IMG/VR virus record: IMGVR_UViG_3300025162_000024
Coordinates: 1 to 64,000 of that record
From: a virus
DNA length: 64,000 nucleotides
Reading direction: 5' to 3' (one strand)
Within the stretch, counting starts at the first letter, position 1; each line of letters begins with the position of its first letter. The notes below the pieces were generated by a model. That model was not told the DNA's origin, made no database searches, and saw only the letters and a list, made by a program, of their open reading frames with translations. Below are positions 54,247 to 63,199 of this stretch, one piece after another. The translations under genes and the position numbers were made by a program.

Positions 54247-54659
54247 GTTCCCTCGAATTTCTTCTTTAACCGAGCGTACTTCGCCCGCTCCTCTGCCTCT
54301 TCCCGACTCTTTTTCACGGCTCTTGCCTTGAGCTCAGAGGCAAACTTGGAAGTGATCCGCAACTTGGCCTCTGCCTCCCAATCCGGACTGTACAGCCACC
54401 GGATAGGTAATTGCAGCTCATGGTACTCGTGCCCTCCATACGTCCAGAACTCGTCCCCCGAATAACAGATATACTCAGTCGAAAAGTCAGAGAAACTCAA
54501 GTACTTCTCGGGGGTTAGGCTGATGGAGAAGTCATCTTCCTGCTCGTATCCGGGCACCGTCTCCCGCTCAAGCTGACAATAGCGTCTCAGGAGCCCCACT
54601 GCGTCTACCTGGAGCTGATCGTCCAGCTCTTTCCAGGTGTCGAACTTAGCTTTGTCCAT
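54243..54659 (-). CDS. Hypothetical protein
   Basis: 138 aa, AGGAG SD, C-terminal EERAKYARLKKKFE. Confidence 0.7.
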   Translation of the reverse strand: MDKAKFDTWKELDDQLQVDAVGLLRRYCQLERETVPGYEQEDDFSISLTPEKYLSFSDFSTEYICYSGDEFWTYGGHEYHELQLPIRWLYSPDWEAEAKLRITSKFASELKARAVKKSREEAEERAKYARLKKKFEGT

Positions 54660-54670
54660 TGGTCTCCTTC

Positions 54671-54862
54671 TTAGCCGACATAGACCTCCATGGGTGTCAC
54701 CCTCTCCACATACTCAGCGGTCAAGCTACTCACGCACCTTTTTTCTCGCGACCGCAAAGCCTTAACCAGGCGTTTCCTGCACCTCTTTGACGCCGGGCTC
54801 GGAAACTTGTAGTCGGTGATCTCGTAGTCCTTCATCCCGATCTTCCGCACTTTGTCGAGCAT
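54671..54862 (-). CDS. Small basic hypothetical protein
   Basis: Start reassigned to ATG 54862 (MLDKVRK). Confidence 0.45.
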   Translation of the reverse strand: MLDKVRKIGMKDYEITDYKFPSPASKRCRKRLVKALRSREKRCVSSLTAEYVERVTPMEVYVG

Positions 54863-54962
54863 CACTGTGTCCTTTCCTGCCAAAGGCTCTCGCCCAGTTC
54901 TGGGCCAACACCTCGTCCGATACCTGCTGACGCCTGCGTTTGTCTCCCTTACCGTTCTGCAT
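54762..54962 (-). CDS. Small phage protein (GKG..RR...VS...NW..[AI]F type)
   Basis: MQNGKGDKRRRQQVSDEVLAQNWARAFG. Confidence 0.55.
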   Translation of the reverse strand: MQNGKGDKRRRQQVSDEVLAQNWARAFGRKGHSDARQSAEDRDEGLRDHRLQVSEPGVKEVQETPG

Positions 54963-54992
54963 AGAAGGACATATCCTATCACTTTACGCAGA

Positions 54993-55445
54993 CTAAGGCT
55001 TGGGCAACCTGGCCAATGCCTCTTCGACCGTCTCGAACTCATTACCAGGAACAATCTTCAGTGCCCCGCATCCCATGCAGTTCACGACCTCTGCAGACGT
55101 GTGGGGAGTCTCGTAGACTATCGTAATCTGGTCACAGCACTCAGCACAGACCAGCTTGAGAGGCATGTACTTGTACGTCCAGATGGGTGCCGGCCGCTCG
55201 TCGGTCACCTCGAGGTACTCTATCTCCCGGATGATAGTGCACCTGTCTGGTGTTTTCGACCAGACCTCGTATATAAGCGTAGGAAGCCACTCCCCATTCG
55301 GGCCGGCCTGGGCATGCTCATACCAGGATCGGCCCATATGCGTCCACCATGTCTTCCGAATCAGCCGGGTAGGCCCCTGCATCCGGATAGAGACAGCCCC
55401 TGTCGGATTCTTCTTCAACGTGTTCAGATCGATCAATACCTTCAT
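54993..55445 (-). CDS. Zn-ribbon hypothetical protein
   Basis: CAEC...CMGC. Confidence 0.65.
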   Translation of the reverse strand: MKVLIDLNTLKKNPTGAVSIRMQGPTRLIRKTWWTHMGRSWYEHAQAGPNGEWLPTLIYEVWSKTPDRCTIIREIEYLEVTDERPAPIWTYKYMPLKLVCAECCDQITIVYETPHTSAEVVNCMGCGALKIVPGNEFETVEEALARLPKP

Positions 55446-55648
55446 ACCGATGCTCCTTCCAGCTTTATAGGGAATCCTGGTCTATTCCAGACCTCGGGCC
55501 ACTGCTCCCTGGCCATATGCAACAGTTCCCCGCCCGACAGGGTAGCACGAGCCAAGAACACTGAGTTGCACCCCGGCCTAGTATCTCCCCCACTCCGATC
55601 CCAGAAGGCGACTGCGGTCCACCCGTCCTTCTGGGCCCCTTCTTGCAC
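55442..55648 (-). CDS. Hypothetical protein or fragment (WTA.AFWDRS motif)
   Basis: GWTAVAFWDRSGGDTRPGCNSVF; overlaps tail of upstream ORF. Confidence 0.5.
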   Translation of the reverse strand: MQEGAQKDGWTAVAFWDRSGGDTRPGCNSVFLARATLSGGELLHMAREQWPEVWNRPGFPIKLEGASV

Positions 55649-56148
55649 TTACATCCGCCACCGCAACCTGGGGCCTTGGCATCGACCTCTTCGTACAGCT
55701 TGTTCAAGAGTTTGACCCGCTGGGCGGTTGTCAGGCTGTTGCATATCTCATGCATCATCCAACGGGCCTCTTCCGCCTCGGCCTCGTCCGGATCGTATAC
55801 CAGCGTGCCTGGGGGTACCTCCTCGATGACCCCCACCTCAAACTCCTCCTTGGCCTCCTCCGTAACCTCTCTCAGAAGCTGGTCCAGCTCATCCTCATCC
55901 TCTCGCTTGGCCTGCTCCCGCCGCCTGTTTTCCCTCTCCAAAGACACGGGCATCCCCAGGACGGCACAGTAGGCAAAGGTGAGCATGGCCGATCCGAGCA
56001 ATGCCGGGATCCACCATGGGTCGCAGAACATGGCTAGGACAAAGCAGGCTACGGCCTCCAGGGCCACGCAGATCGAGGCTGCCACTAGCTTCGCCCGCAG
56101 AATGTGAAACGATCTACGCAGATACTGCTCTCGCTCGTTACTGGTCAT
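55465..56148 (-). CDS. Two-TM membrane protein with acidic C-domain
   Basis: AGGAG SD, two hydrophobic helices. Confidence 0.6.
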   Translation of the reverse strand: MTSNEREQYLRRSFHILRAKLVAASICVALEAVACFVLAMFCDPWWIPALLGSAMLTFAYCAVLGMPVSLERENRRREQAKREDEDELDQLLREVTEEAKEEFEVGVIEEVPPGTLVYDPDEAEAEEARWMMHEICNSLTTAQRVKLLNKLYEEVDAKAPGCGGGCKCKKGPRRTGGPQSPSGIGVGEILGRGATQCSWLVLPCRAGNCCIWPGSSGPRSGIDQDSL

Positions 56149-56157
56149 GGTCGCTCC

Positions 56158-56418
56158 TCATCTGAAGTTACACTTGGGGCACGGGCAGCGGATCATGTGG
56201 ACACACATGGACCCGTCCGACTTTATGCCCGTACCACAGCACTCCGGGCACCCATCATGCAGACATGGCTGCCAATCACCATCGAGATGATCCCTGATCC
56301 GCTCGATATGCCGCCGCTGCCGTTCACGAAGGTCTCGATCATACTCTTCCCGATCCACTCGCTTGAAACCATCGAACCACCGTCCGGTGGTCGTCGAAGC
56401 CCAGGTTAATCCTGACAT
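56158..56418 (-). CDS. Cys-rich small protein
   Basis: QPCLHDGCPECCGTG.K.DG..CVHMI.CPCPKC. Confidence 0.7.
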   Translation of the reverse strand: MSGLTWASTTTGRWFDGFKRVDREEYDRDLRERQRRHIERIRDHLDGDWQPCLHDGCPECCGTGIKSDGSMCVHMIRCPCPKCNFR

Positions 56419-56425
56419 AGGCAAT

Positions 56426-57409
56426 CTACTTCCTGCCATCCGATAGGATAGCGTTTCCACACGTGATTCGGCTGGAGTCCTCTTCCCGACTGGCGATAAA
56501 CACCAGAACATCAAACCCCGCTGATTTCAGCCTGCTCTCCATATCCTGGTAAGGGTGGTACGTCGGGTAATCCCCAGCCGTCTGGATCCCGGCCTGGGTG
56601 GCCGCGGTCGTCTTGTGCATGGGGGTCAGCTTGCAAATGAAGTACGCAGGGCTGAACATGGAGGCCAGCTTCTGGGCGTCCACGGTATACTCGGCAACCG
56701 CAAAGTTCAGGGTGATCTTCCGGCCGCGGGGGACGCCACTCTCCTGCATGACCCTCAACATCATCTCACTGGACTCAGCCAGGGGCATGGCATTCCCCTT
56801 GAACATGGCGGAACGCTCTCCCTCATCAGTCGAATTGATGCTCAGCTGGAGTCCGGCTTCGCCCAAGAACTGCTCATTCTTCAGCCTCATCCACTGACTC
56901 AGGAAATGCCGCAGGTACACGTTTCGCACAGGGAGCATAGTGCTGACCACGGGGTGGATCGTCTCGAACCCTAATCCTAGGCCAGCCCGCAGCTTAGTGG
57001 CGTGCTCGATGACCGTCTGGTTCCAGGTTGGCTCACCCATCCGGGCATAGTGGATATTGAGCCGGCGGCCGGAGCGGACCGTAGGGTGCAGGCTCATGGC
57101 CGTCGAGATCTGCCCGTTCAGATCGGCTAGCGTAGCATTACGGCCCGGGCCAACCTTTGGCACATCCCAGAACGAGCAGCCCATGGAGCACCCGTATTGA
57201 GTGCTTATGGTGATAACCCACTTCTCTTCCAGGGGGAGCATTGGCTGGTGTCGGACCTGATCTGGCTCCCGGAAGAGGCCCATAGCATCGCACTTGAGGT
57301 TGACCTGCTTGCCATAGTCGCCCAGGGATAGACATTCGAGCAGGCCCCGATCCCCCTGCACGATCAGGATGTGGCCGGTCGGGACCTCAATCACTTGCTT
57401 TATGTGCAT
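56426..57409 (-). CDS. RlmN/Cfr-like radical SAM protein (third cluster Cys read as Trp)
   Basis: ISTQYGCSMGCSFW, RMGEP, LQLSINSTDE..R, C-terminal ITCGN. Confidence 0.85.
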   Translation of the reverse strand: MHIKQVIEVPTGHILIVQGDRGLLECLSLGDYGKQVNLKCDAMGLFREPDQVRHQPMLPLEEKWVITISTQYGCSMGCSFWDVPKVGPGRNATLADLNGQISTAMSLHPTVRSGRRLNIHYARMGEPTWNQTVIEHATKLRAGLGLGFETIHPVVSTMLPVRNVYLRHFLSQWMRLKNEQFLGEAGLQLSINSTDEGERSAMFKGNAMPLAESSEMMLRVMQESGVPRGRKITLNFAVAEYTVDAQKLASMFSPAYFICKLTPMHKTTAATQAGIQTAGDYPTYHPYQDMESRLKSAGFDVLVFIASREEDSSRITCGNAILSDGRK

Positions 57410-57855
57410 GGGATTTCTCCGTTTCCTTCCAAAAGGGTATTGCCATTCCTATAGAGCATGGTCACCCCGTACCCATACTTACGTTGAACATCGTAGAAAC
57501 CAGGAGGGCACGTCCTGTAGGCCTGGGCCGGGATATTCTCGACCTGGGCTGCGGCGTAACCTGTGCTGCACCCGATAACCGTGCAGTTCAAGTGGCCTGC
57601 TATCCCCCAGCCGCGGATGGCCCCTCCAGCTTTGAGGACCAGCCCATGCCCCTTGGGCCGATCTATGCCGATCCCAATCAGGTTATCCCTGACCCAGACG
57701 GTGGCCTTGGCCGGGACGGTAAACGTGTACCCATTGCTCAACAGACTGCGGACAACCATCCGTCGGGGGCATACCATGTCCCGGTCCAAGATCAGGTCTG
57801 GAGCCGCCCACCGATGGGTCCAGAAGTAGACAAGATCCACAATACGCTTGAACAT
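57400..57855 (-). CDS. Hypothetical protein
   Basis: 151 aa, AGGAG SD. Confidence 0.65.
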   Translation of the reverse strand: MFKRIVDLVYFWTHRWAAPDLILDRDMVCPRRMVVRSLLSNGYTFTVPAKATVWVRDNLIGIGIDRPKGHGLVLKAGGAIRGWGIAGHLNCTVIGCSTGYAAAQVENIPAQAYRTCPPGFYDVQRKYGYGVTMLYRNGNTLLEGNGEIPCT

Positions 57856-57870
57856 GCAGGCTCCTTCAGG

Positions 57871-58140
57871 TCATTTGACCCGCTTAAGCTTACCTTTGAC
57901 CAGGGTGTACGGCTGACCCCGGACCTCTACGCACTCTGGAACCACGATGAACAAGGCTGTGTACGGCCCGTTCTCCTTGTCCTCCAGCCCCTTCTTCAGC
58001 TCCTCCTCCATATACTTCCGGGCCTGATGCTCCTGCCCGAAGTAATCGCTGTTGATGCACTTGCCGTCCTTGTCGTGTATGTGGTACCCGTATTCTTCTC
58101 GGCCCACGCTGATCGTGACTGTTCGGTTGATCTTGCCCAT
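57871..58140 (-). CDS. Hypothetical protein
   Basis: 89 aa, AGGAG SD. Confidence 0.7.
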   Translation of the reverse strand: MGKINRTVTISVGREEYGYHIHDKDGKCINSDYFGQEHQARKYMEEELKKGLEDKENGPYTALFIVVPECVEVRGQPYTLVKGKLKRVK

Positions 58141-58141
58141 A

Positions 58142-58468
58142 TCACTCCTGGTCTGGCATGTCCTGTACTGCCCGCCTGGCTATCCCCTGCAGGTAATGCG
58201 GGTCCTCTGCCAATCTGACGGCCATCGCCCCATCTAGCTGCTCGCCAGCCTTCAGAGATTCACGCATATGCCGGATCGGGTCCGCAATGGACCGTACAGC
58301 TGCCTCAGCCGTCTGGAGCCTGGCTAGTATCCGGCTGAATGCCGGACGTACCTGAGGCCACTCGTTTAACTTGAACGGGAGCGTCTCTGGACTTCCGAAA
58401 TGCCCTGAAATGATCATCTCGAGGATCTCGACGTCACCGATCTTGAACACTCTCTTACCGTTGTTCAT
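58142..58468 (-). CDS. Modular hypothetical protein
   Basis: EMIISGHFGSPETLP..L.EWPQVRPA shared with 51641..52048. Confidence 0.7.
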   Translation of the reverse strand: MNNGKRVFKIGDVEILEMIISGHFGSPETLPFKLNEWPQVRPAFSRILARLQTAEAAVRSIADPIRHMRESLKAGEQLDGAMAVRLAEDPHYLQGIARRAVQDMPDQE

Positions 58469-58833
58469 CGCCCACTCTTTCTCTTGAACTCTACTGAGAT
58501 CCACCGGTTGTTCGCGAACTGGCCGGGCATCGCCCTGTCGTACACGTCAGTCACCTGCTTGAACCTGGGCTTATACCGCTGGAGGAAGAAGTCCTGGCCC
58601 AGGTCTACGTACCGCCCAGCCCGCTCGTCCCACTCAGGGTGGGTCAGCAGCCGGTTCAGGACCCCGCAATGGCCGCATACAAACTGGCACTCACCGGGGT
58701 GCCAGGTATCTCCCCCAGTACATCCGTGGGGACCCTCATACCAATGCGTTTGGATCAACTCGGTATTGGCTATCAGTTGCCGGCGTTCACAGCTGACACA
58801 GGTGATGGACTTACTCAGAAGTTTGGTCGACAT
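58465..58833 (-). CDS. Zn-binding hypothetical protein
   Basis: CVSC...IQTHWY..PHGCTGGD.W...CGHCG. Confidence 0.7.
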   Translation of the reverse strand: MSTKLLSKSITCVSCERRQLIANTELIQTHWYEGPHGCTGGDTWHPGECQFVCGHCGVLNRLLTHPEWDERAGRYVDLGQDFFLQRYKPRFKQVTDVYDRAMPGQFANNRWISVEFKRKSGR

Positions 58834-59303
58834 GAATACCTTCCTGTCCGGCAGCACTGGCACTGGAAGTCAGCGGCTGGCGGAGGGGTCCACACCACTG
58901 GCTTACCCATATTGGGCTGGATCCCGGCGATAGTCGCAGGCTTCTCTGGGAGTTCCATGGGAATGTTCTTCCTCCAATGGGTCACCTCAATGAACTCATC
59001 ATCATTGCGATCGAGCCAGCCCCAGTCCTCGGAGGCCCATCTAGCCTCTCCCAGAAACTCGAAGCGTCCGCAGCCCTCGACCCCGATCAGAACATACTCG
59101 CCCTCAGCCGGGAGCCGGTCTCGCACGGATATCCACCGCTGTGAAGCTCTGAACTCCTGAAGCTCGCGAAACGCATCTAGTCGGATACGGCTCTCAGCCA
59201 CTTCCTCTTCGGTATCCTGGCAGCCCGGGTGAGCCCCGTAGTTCTCAACCGTCCACTCGTCGTCAGCTATCAGACTCATCAGCACTCTGTCAGATATGCT
59301 CAT
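58815..59303 (-). CDS. DUF551 domain protein
   Basis: WISVRDRLP..GEYVL...VTHW. Confidence 0.8.
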   Translation of the reverse strand: MSISDRVLMSLIADDEWTVENYGAHPGCQDTEEEVAESRIRLDAFRELQEFRASQRWISVRDRLPAEGEYVLIGVEGCGRFEFLGEARWASEDWGWLDRNDDEFIEVTHWRKNIPMELPEKPATIAGIQPNMGKPVVWTPPPAADFQCQCCRTGRYSCRPNF

Positions 59304-59512
59304 TATTCGTCATTTCTCCGGTGCTCTCCGCACCAATCCGAGGCCTCAACTTCTGGGCGTACGTACTCTACGTCACGGAAATCTCCATCAGGAAAGGTCA
59401 TAATATGCACAGTTGGAGGATACCGCATACAATCTCCAGGCGACTCATCCGTGTGTGGAGGACCATCGTAAGCCCTCCAAAACCTGCAGCTTTCACAGAG
59501 GTCCATAACCAA
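59303..59512 (-). CDS. Small Cys-rich (HiPIP-like C..C.[FY]W...GDC.RYPP...WCGE) protein
   Basis: CESCRFW, GDCMRYPP, DWCGEH. Confidence 0.7.
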   Translation of the reverse strand: MVMDLCESCRFWRAYDGPPHTDESPGDCMRYPPTVHIMTFPDGDFRDVEYVRPEVEASDWCGEHRRNDE

Positions 59513-59771
59513 CTTCCTTTCGTTGTGTCAAGCAAGATACTCCGCCGCGCTCGAACTCACGGCAGACCTCTGGCCTGTGCTCGTACTCGGCACACCGCCC
59601 ATCCCCATTCAGCCAGATGCACCGGGCCAGGTCGTCGTAGTCATCTGAGGTCAGGTAGTCGTCTATCTGCTGTACGAGGTTGGCGGGCAGCCCAGCCAGC
59701 TCGTAGGGCATGAACGGAGGACTACTCTGGTTCCAGCAGCACACTCCGCAGTCCAATGGGCACTGGATCAT
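59493..59771 (-). CDS. YkgJ family cysteine-cluster protein
   Basis: CPLDCGVCC...CIWL...RCAEYEHRPEVCREF. Confidence 0.85.
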   Translation of the reverse strand: MIQCPLDCGVCCWNQSSPPFMPYELAGLPANLVQQIDDYLTSDDYDDLARCIWLNGDGRCAEYEHRPEVCREFERGGVSCLTQRKEVGYGPL

Positions 59772-59854
59772 CGACAGCCCCGTATGATGGCGACGACCAC
59801 GCCCACCACGACCAGCAGGACCATGCCCCAGACACCTGCAAGCTCTAGTGACAT
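59768..59854 (-). CDS. 28-aa TM peptide (not in ORF track)
   Basis: MSLELAGVWGMVLLVVVGVVVAIIRGCR; AGGAG SD, ATGA overlap. Confidence 0.5.
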   Translation of the reverse strand: MSLELAGVWGMVLLVVVGVVVAIIRGCR

Positions 59855-59855
59855 C

Positions 59856-60161
59856 TCAGTCTCCTGTGTTGAAGAAACGCCAGTACTTATGCTTAAGGCT
59901 GGCGATGTGATCGCACATCTTCAGCCATTCGCCACGGGCCCCCTGAGGAGTGGACCCGGCCGCCTCGTAGCACATCTGGCAGATCAAAGGATTCCCATCG
60001 CAGCCGGGCATATCATTGGTGTAAATTCCGCCAAACGACATTCCTTCGCGTATCCGGTCTCCACAGAACCCGCAACGGAAGCGGGCCTTATCCCCGGACC
60101 AGGCCGCATTCACATCCCGCTCCGTGGCCTTCCGGAACTCGATGATCCAATAGTGGCTCAT
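59856..60161 (-). CDS. Zn-finger hypothetical protein
   Basis: FRCGFCG...GNPLICQMC. Confidence 0.7.
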   Translation of the reverse strand: MSHYWIIEFRKATERDVNAAWSGDKARFRCGFCGDRIREGMSFGGIYTNDMPGCDGNPLICQMCYEAAGSTPQGARGEWLKMCDHIASLKHKYWRFFNTGD

Positions 60162-60290
60162 CTAATCACCCCACCGGTCTCTGGGCCCGCCGCACACGAA
60201 GATGGCTGTTCCGACGATGACCGCGGATACCAGCAGAGCACCCAGGGTAAGTCCGGCCAACTGACATAGGCTAACGCTTGCTATCAGCAT
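60162..60290 (-). CDS. Small TM peptide
   Basis: AGGAG SD before ATG 60290; single hydrophobic helix. Confidence 0.5.
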   Translation of the reverse strand: MLIASVSLCQLAGLTLGALLVSAVIVGTAIFVCGGPRDRWGD

Positions 60291-60468
60291 CTTTCTCCTT
60301 TTTCTGGCCAAAGAGCTCTTCAGCCATCTTGGCCAGCCGCTTGGCCTTCTTCTGACTCGTTTTCCCCTTGAACCGAGGAGTACGCTGCACTGGGGTCTCG
60401 AATGGCTTGTCCGGCCTCCAGTTGGCATTGGCTAAAGCCACTTGACTCCCTTCCCGCACAGACGGCAC
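60271..60468 (-). CDS. Small basic hypothetical protein
   Basis: Lys-rich ORF filling the gap between neighbours; start uncertain. Confidence 0.45.
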   Translation of the reverse strand: MPSVREGSQVALANANWRPDKPFETPVQRTPRFKGKTSQKKAKRLAKMAEELFGQKKEKDADSKR

Positions 60469-60566
60469 CTATGATTATCTCCGGACCAGCGGAACTCACT
60501 GTTCTTGGTCGGGCGGTACCAGTGCAGCCCCAAGTCGCAGAACATGAGCTTAAGAAGGGTACGCAT
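60432..60566 (-). CDS. DUF1660-like small Zn-binding protein
   Basis: LMFCDLGLHWY...HRCRLCG. Confidence 0.55.
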   Translation of the reverse strand: MRTLLKLMFCDLGLHWYRPTKNSEFRWSGDNHRCRLCGKGVKWL

Positions 60567-61563
60567 TGGACCGGCCCCTCTTGTACTCGGAGAGCATTGA
60601 CAATATGCAATCGGGATCGTGCAGTACCCCTGACTCAACATCTGCCCGTTCCGCACAATCACTACACCAGTATGCGCCAGACACAACGTCAAACTCGACA
60701 ATATTCTCACACAGTGTCTCTTCCAGCTGATCGATCAGGGCATCAGCCTCCTTCAGCCTGTACTCAGCCGTCTTACCAGCCTTGGCCATACGGAAGATGC
60801 CGCGAAGATCATCGCAGTTCTTGGCCTTGGAGAGCCTCCGGCACTCGTCACTCCCGCACTTTCCGGCTACGCACCCCGTACACACCCAATACTCGTCGGT
60901 CTCCGGGACCAGCTCGTAGGAGACCCCGTCGATCACCCCGGACCAGAGAACCTTTGGCTCGACCTTCTTCGCCCATTCGGCCAGCGACTTCTTAGCCTGC
61001 TCATCCGGTATCCGCTTCAAAGAGCTCGAATCCTCTGTGCGTGTGGCAGGCTCTGACTTCCCGTCATCCCGGTGGAAGACACCGGCGGGGAACTCGTAGA
61101 TCCCGTGACGACCCTCTCCGATATCGTAATACCGAGGCTTCTTCTCCCTCTCAGCCGCCCACCGGGCCATGATCCCCCTGGCCAACCTGAGCGAGATCGG
61201 GCGGATGCAACTGTTATCCTCTTCGGACAGGGCCGAGGCGATCCCCTCTTTCTGGTGGACGAGGCGGGCCGGGAACTCCCAGATCGCCCTGATCTCTTCG
61301 TCTGTGGTCGATGTAGACGCGTAGAACCGGACGGACTCTGCAGGCTTCCACGGGAATTCGGAGAGGAACGGGGCTCGAAGCACGTAGCTATCCCCGTACG
61401 CCCCCTTCAACAGGCACTGGCCGTCGTAAACCGCCAGGTCCTCGTAGGTGCACGGTCCGACGGCCAGCACCGGCAGCAGCCGGTCAATCCATACGATCTT
61501 GTCTCCAACACGGATCGGCTGACCCTGTTTGGGGTCGCCATTTGCATATGTAGGGGTCATCAT
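60550..61563 (-). CDS. Multi-module hypothetical protein
   Basis: 337 aa; WEFPA/YEFPA modules, CTGC...C...C and CSDC...HDPDC motifs. Confidence 0.7.
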   Translation of the reverse strand: MMTPTYANGDPKQGQPIRVGDKIVWIDRLLPVLAVGPCTYEDLAVYDGQCLLKGAYGDSYVLRAPFLSEFPWKPAESVRFYASTSTTDEEIRAIWEFPARLVHQKEGIASALSEEDNSCIRPISLRLARGIMARWAAEREKKPRYYDIGEGRHGIYEFPAGVFHRDDGKSEPATRTEDSSSLKRIPDEQAKKSLAEWAKKVEPKVLWSGVIDGVSYELVPETDEYWVCTGCVAGKCGSDECRRLSKAKNCDDLRGIFRMAKAGKTAEYRLKEADALIDQLEETLCENIVEFDVVSGAYWCSDCAERADVESGVLHDPDCILSMLSEYKRGRSNAYPS

Positions 61564-61574
61564 TTCTCCTTATC

Positions 61575-61658
61575 TCACGGCAGAATCCACCGCAACAAGT
61601 AAAGTACAAGTCCGGCCACCCCGGCCAGACTAACCAAGATCACGACTGCCTTCTCCAC
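61575..61658 (-). CDS. 27-aa TM peptide (not in ORF track)
   Basis: GTG start: MEKAVVILVSLAGVAGLVLYLLRWILP. Confidence 0.4.
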   Translation of the reverse strand: MEKAVVILVSLAGVAGLVLYLLRWILP

Positions 61659-61663
61659 TCTGC

Positions 61664-62089
61664 TCACTTGGCCCTCGCCTTCTTCCACCGGGCTATCTGG
61701 GCCAAAGCCACCTTCTGAGAGATACGCTTGTCCTTAAACTCCTGGCACATCTCCTCAGGGCAAGTTGGCCATGATTCGCCGCGTGGGAAGTACACTTTTC
61801 GATCCGGGTAACTCCGAATAATGTCCCTACACCGATACCAGCGAAGAGCCGGCTTTGTAGTCTTCTTCCATGTCCGCAGGGCTCTCCCGATCTGGATAGC
61901 CAGATCCTTGGCCGCCGTAAGATCGAGGTTTAGGAGATTACCGTTGAATCCATGGGAGATAGCCAACCTATCGTCTGCAGTGAACTGTAGGCTTCCACAG
62001 AGACCAGTGCCTTTCAATGGGAAGCCCCATGTGACATTCCCCGCCCTCAAATATTCTCTCGTATACCGCTTAGAACTGCGTTTGGTCAT
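61664..62089 (-). CDS. Hypothetical protein
   Basis: 141 aa, GGAGG SD. Confidence 0.65.
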   Translation of the reverse strand: MTKRSSKRYTREYLRAGNVTWGFPLKGTGLCGSLQFTADDRLAISHGFNGNLLNLDLTAAKDLAIQIGRALRTWKKTTKPALRWYRCRDIIRSYPDRKVYFPRGESWPTCPEEMCQEFKDKRISQKVALAQIARWKKARAK

Positions 62090-62309
62090 TTTCGGCCTCC
62101 TCAGCCATCTGTTCTGCTATCCGCCAATCACGAGCCCTACGAGCTTCCCGGGCACGGTCATCCGCAGCCTGAATCTCCCTGCGGGCCTCCGCCGCCCGCC
62201 ACCCATCCTGGTAGTCGCGGGCATCCCTTTCCCATCCATAGTAAAGACGGCTGCCTGTACGGCCCAGCCCGTAATCATCAAAGCCCTGATCGTACGTCTT
62301 TCGGCTCAC
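62070..62309 (-). CDS. Hypothetical protein (Y.QG....G...Y..GW motif)
   Basis: AGGAG SD before GTG 62309. Confidence 0.55.
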   Translation of the reverse strand: MSRKTYDQGFDDYGLGRTGSRLYYGWERDARDYQDGWRAAEARREIQAADDRAREARRARDWRIAEQMAEEAENDQTQF

Positions 62310-62473
62310 TTTGCTCCTTTCTTGGCCACATGCGGATCCAACCGCTTCAGGTACTTGCATATGCATCGGCCGTAGTGCCGCTGCTTACGCCCGTCCATAC
62401 ACCCGTGCTGCTTTATTTGCCGCGGGGTCATTGCCCGTCTGTGCTTGCTGCAATAGGCTGCACGTAGTTTCAT
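62306..62473 (-). CDS. 55-aa Cys/His basic protein (not in ORF track)
   Basis: MKLRAAYCSKHRRAMTPRQIKQHGCMDGRKQRHYGRCICKYLKRL; AGGAG SD. Confidence 0.6.
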   Translation of the reverse strand: MKLRAAYCSKHRRAMTPRQIKQHGCMDGRKQRHYGRCICKYLKRLDPHVAKKGAK

Positions 62474-62713
62474 TCAGCTCCTGAGCTTGACGGAGGTCTC
62501 CGCACTCTTCAGCAGGGTCTGCCCGGCCACGGTCAGCATGGTAACCCTCTGTGTGGACCCAGTACGTTCCAGTACAGTGTTGAGCAGGGCCGCCTGCTGG
62601 ACGACCGCCGAGTATACAGCATCCTCGCCCGCCGCATCATGGACGTTGCACGTGGTATGGAGCTCGTCACCCTCGGCCATCGTCCGGAGCTTCAGGATCT
62701 CTCTGTTCTTCAC
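62474..62713 (-). CDS. Hypothetical protein
   Basis: 79 aa, GTGA overlap. Confidence 0.6.
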   Translation of the reverse strand: MKNREILKLRTMAEGDELHTTCNVHDAAGEDAVYSAVVQQAALLNTVLERTGSTQRVTMLTVAGQTLLKSAETSVKLRS

Positions 62714-63189
62714 TCTGACTCCGGGTAGCCCCTACGATACTTGGCGATCGCCTCACAGGTGCCCCGGTAAGACCCAGGGTAGGGACTAAAGCGATCCTCG
62801 ATCTCCCCGATCAGCTTATTGGCATCCGCCAGCTGCCGGTTGAGCCTGTCGTTGATACGACTCATAATCCATAGCCTACCCTCAGCCTGCGACATGCTCA
62901 CAAGCTCGTCGCTAGTCTCCGGAAATATACTAGGAGTGGTCCTACCGTCATAGTGGCAGACGCTGGCCGGGAACTCCCAAATCACCCAGGGAGGGTTACA
63001 ACCCAACTTCGATCGGTAGTAGCGTGGACCTTCCTCTTCCGCGGCCTTCCCGGCCAGCTCCTCCTTGATCTCCTTCTTCAACTCCTGGCCGTATGCGGTG
63101 ATCGCCTCGGCCAATCCATGGGCCTCCGGGACGAGCATACTGGTCTTGGTATAGATATCGTCGTACAACTTCTCGGTCTTCGTGTCCAT
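62710..63189 (-). CDS. Hypothetical protein sharing RYY...WEFPA module with 60550..61563
   Basis: AGGAG SD before ATG 63189. Confidence 0.65.
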   Translation of the reverse strand: MDTKTEKLYDDIYTKTSMLVPEAHGLAEAITAYGQELKKEIKEELAGKAAEEEGPRYYRSKLGCNPPWVIWEFPASVCHYDGRTTPSIFPETSDELVSMSQAEGRLWIMSRINDRLNRQLADANKLIGEIEDRFSPYPGSYRGTCEAIAKYRRGYPESE

Positions 63190-63199
63190 CCCAGTCTCC

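Noticed and set aside
55442-55660. Possible frameshift between 55465..56148 and 55442..55648
   Set aside because: No convincing slippery site; an independent GTG start or an old deletion junction explains the overlap
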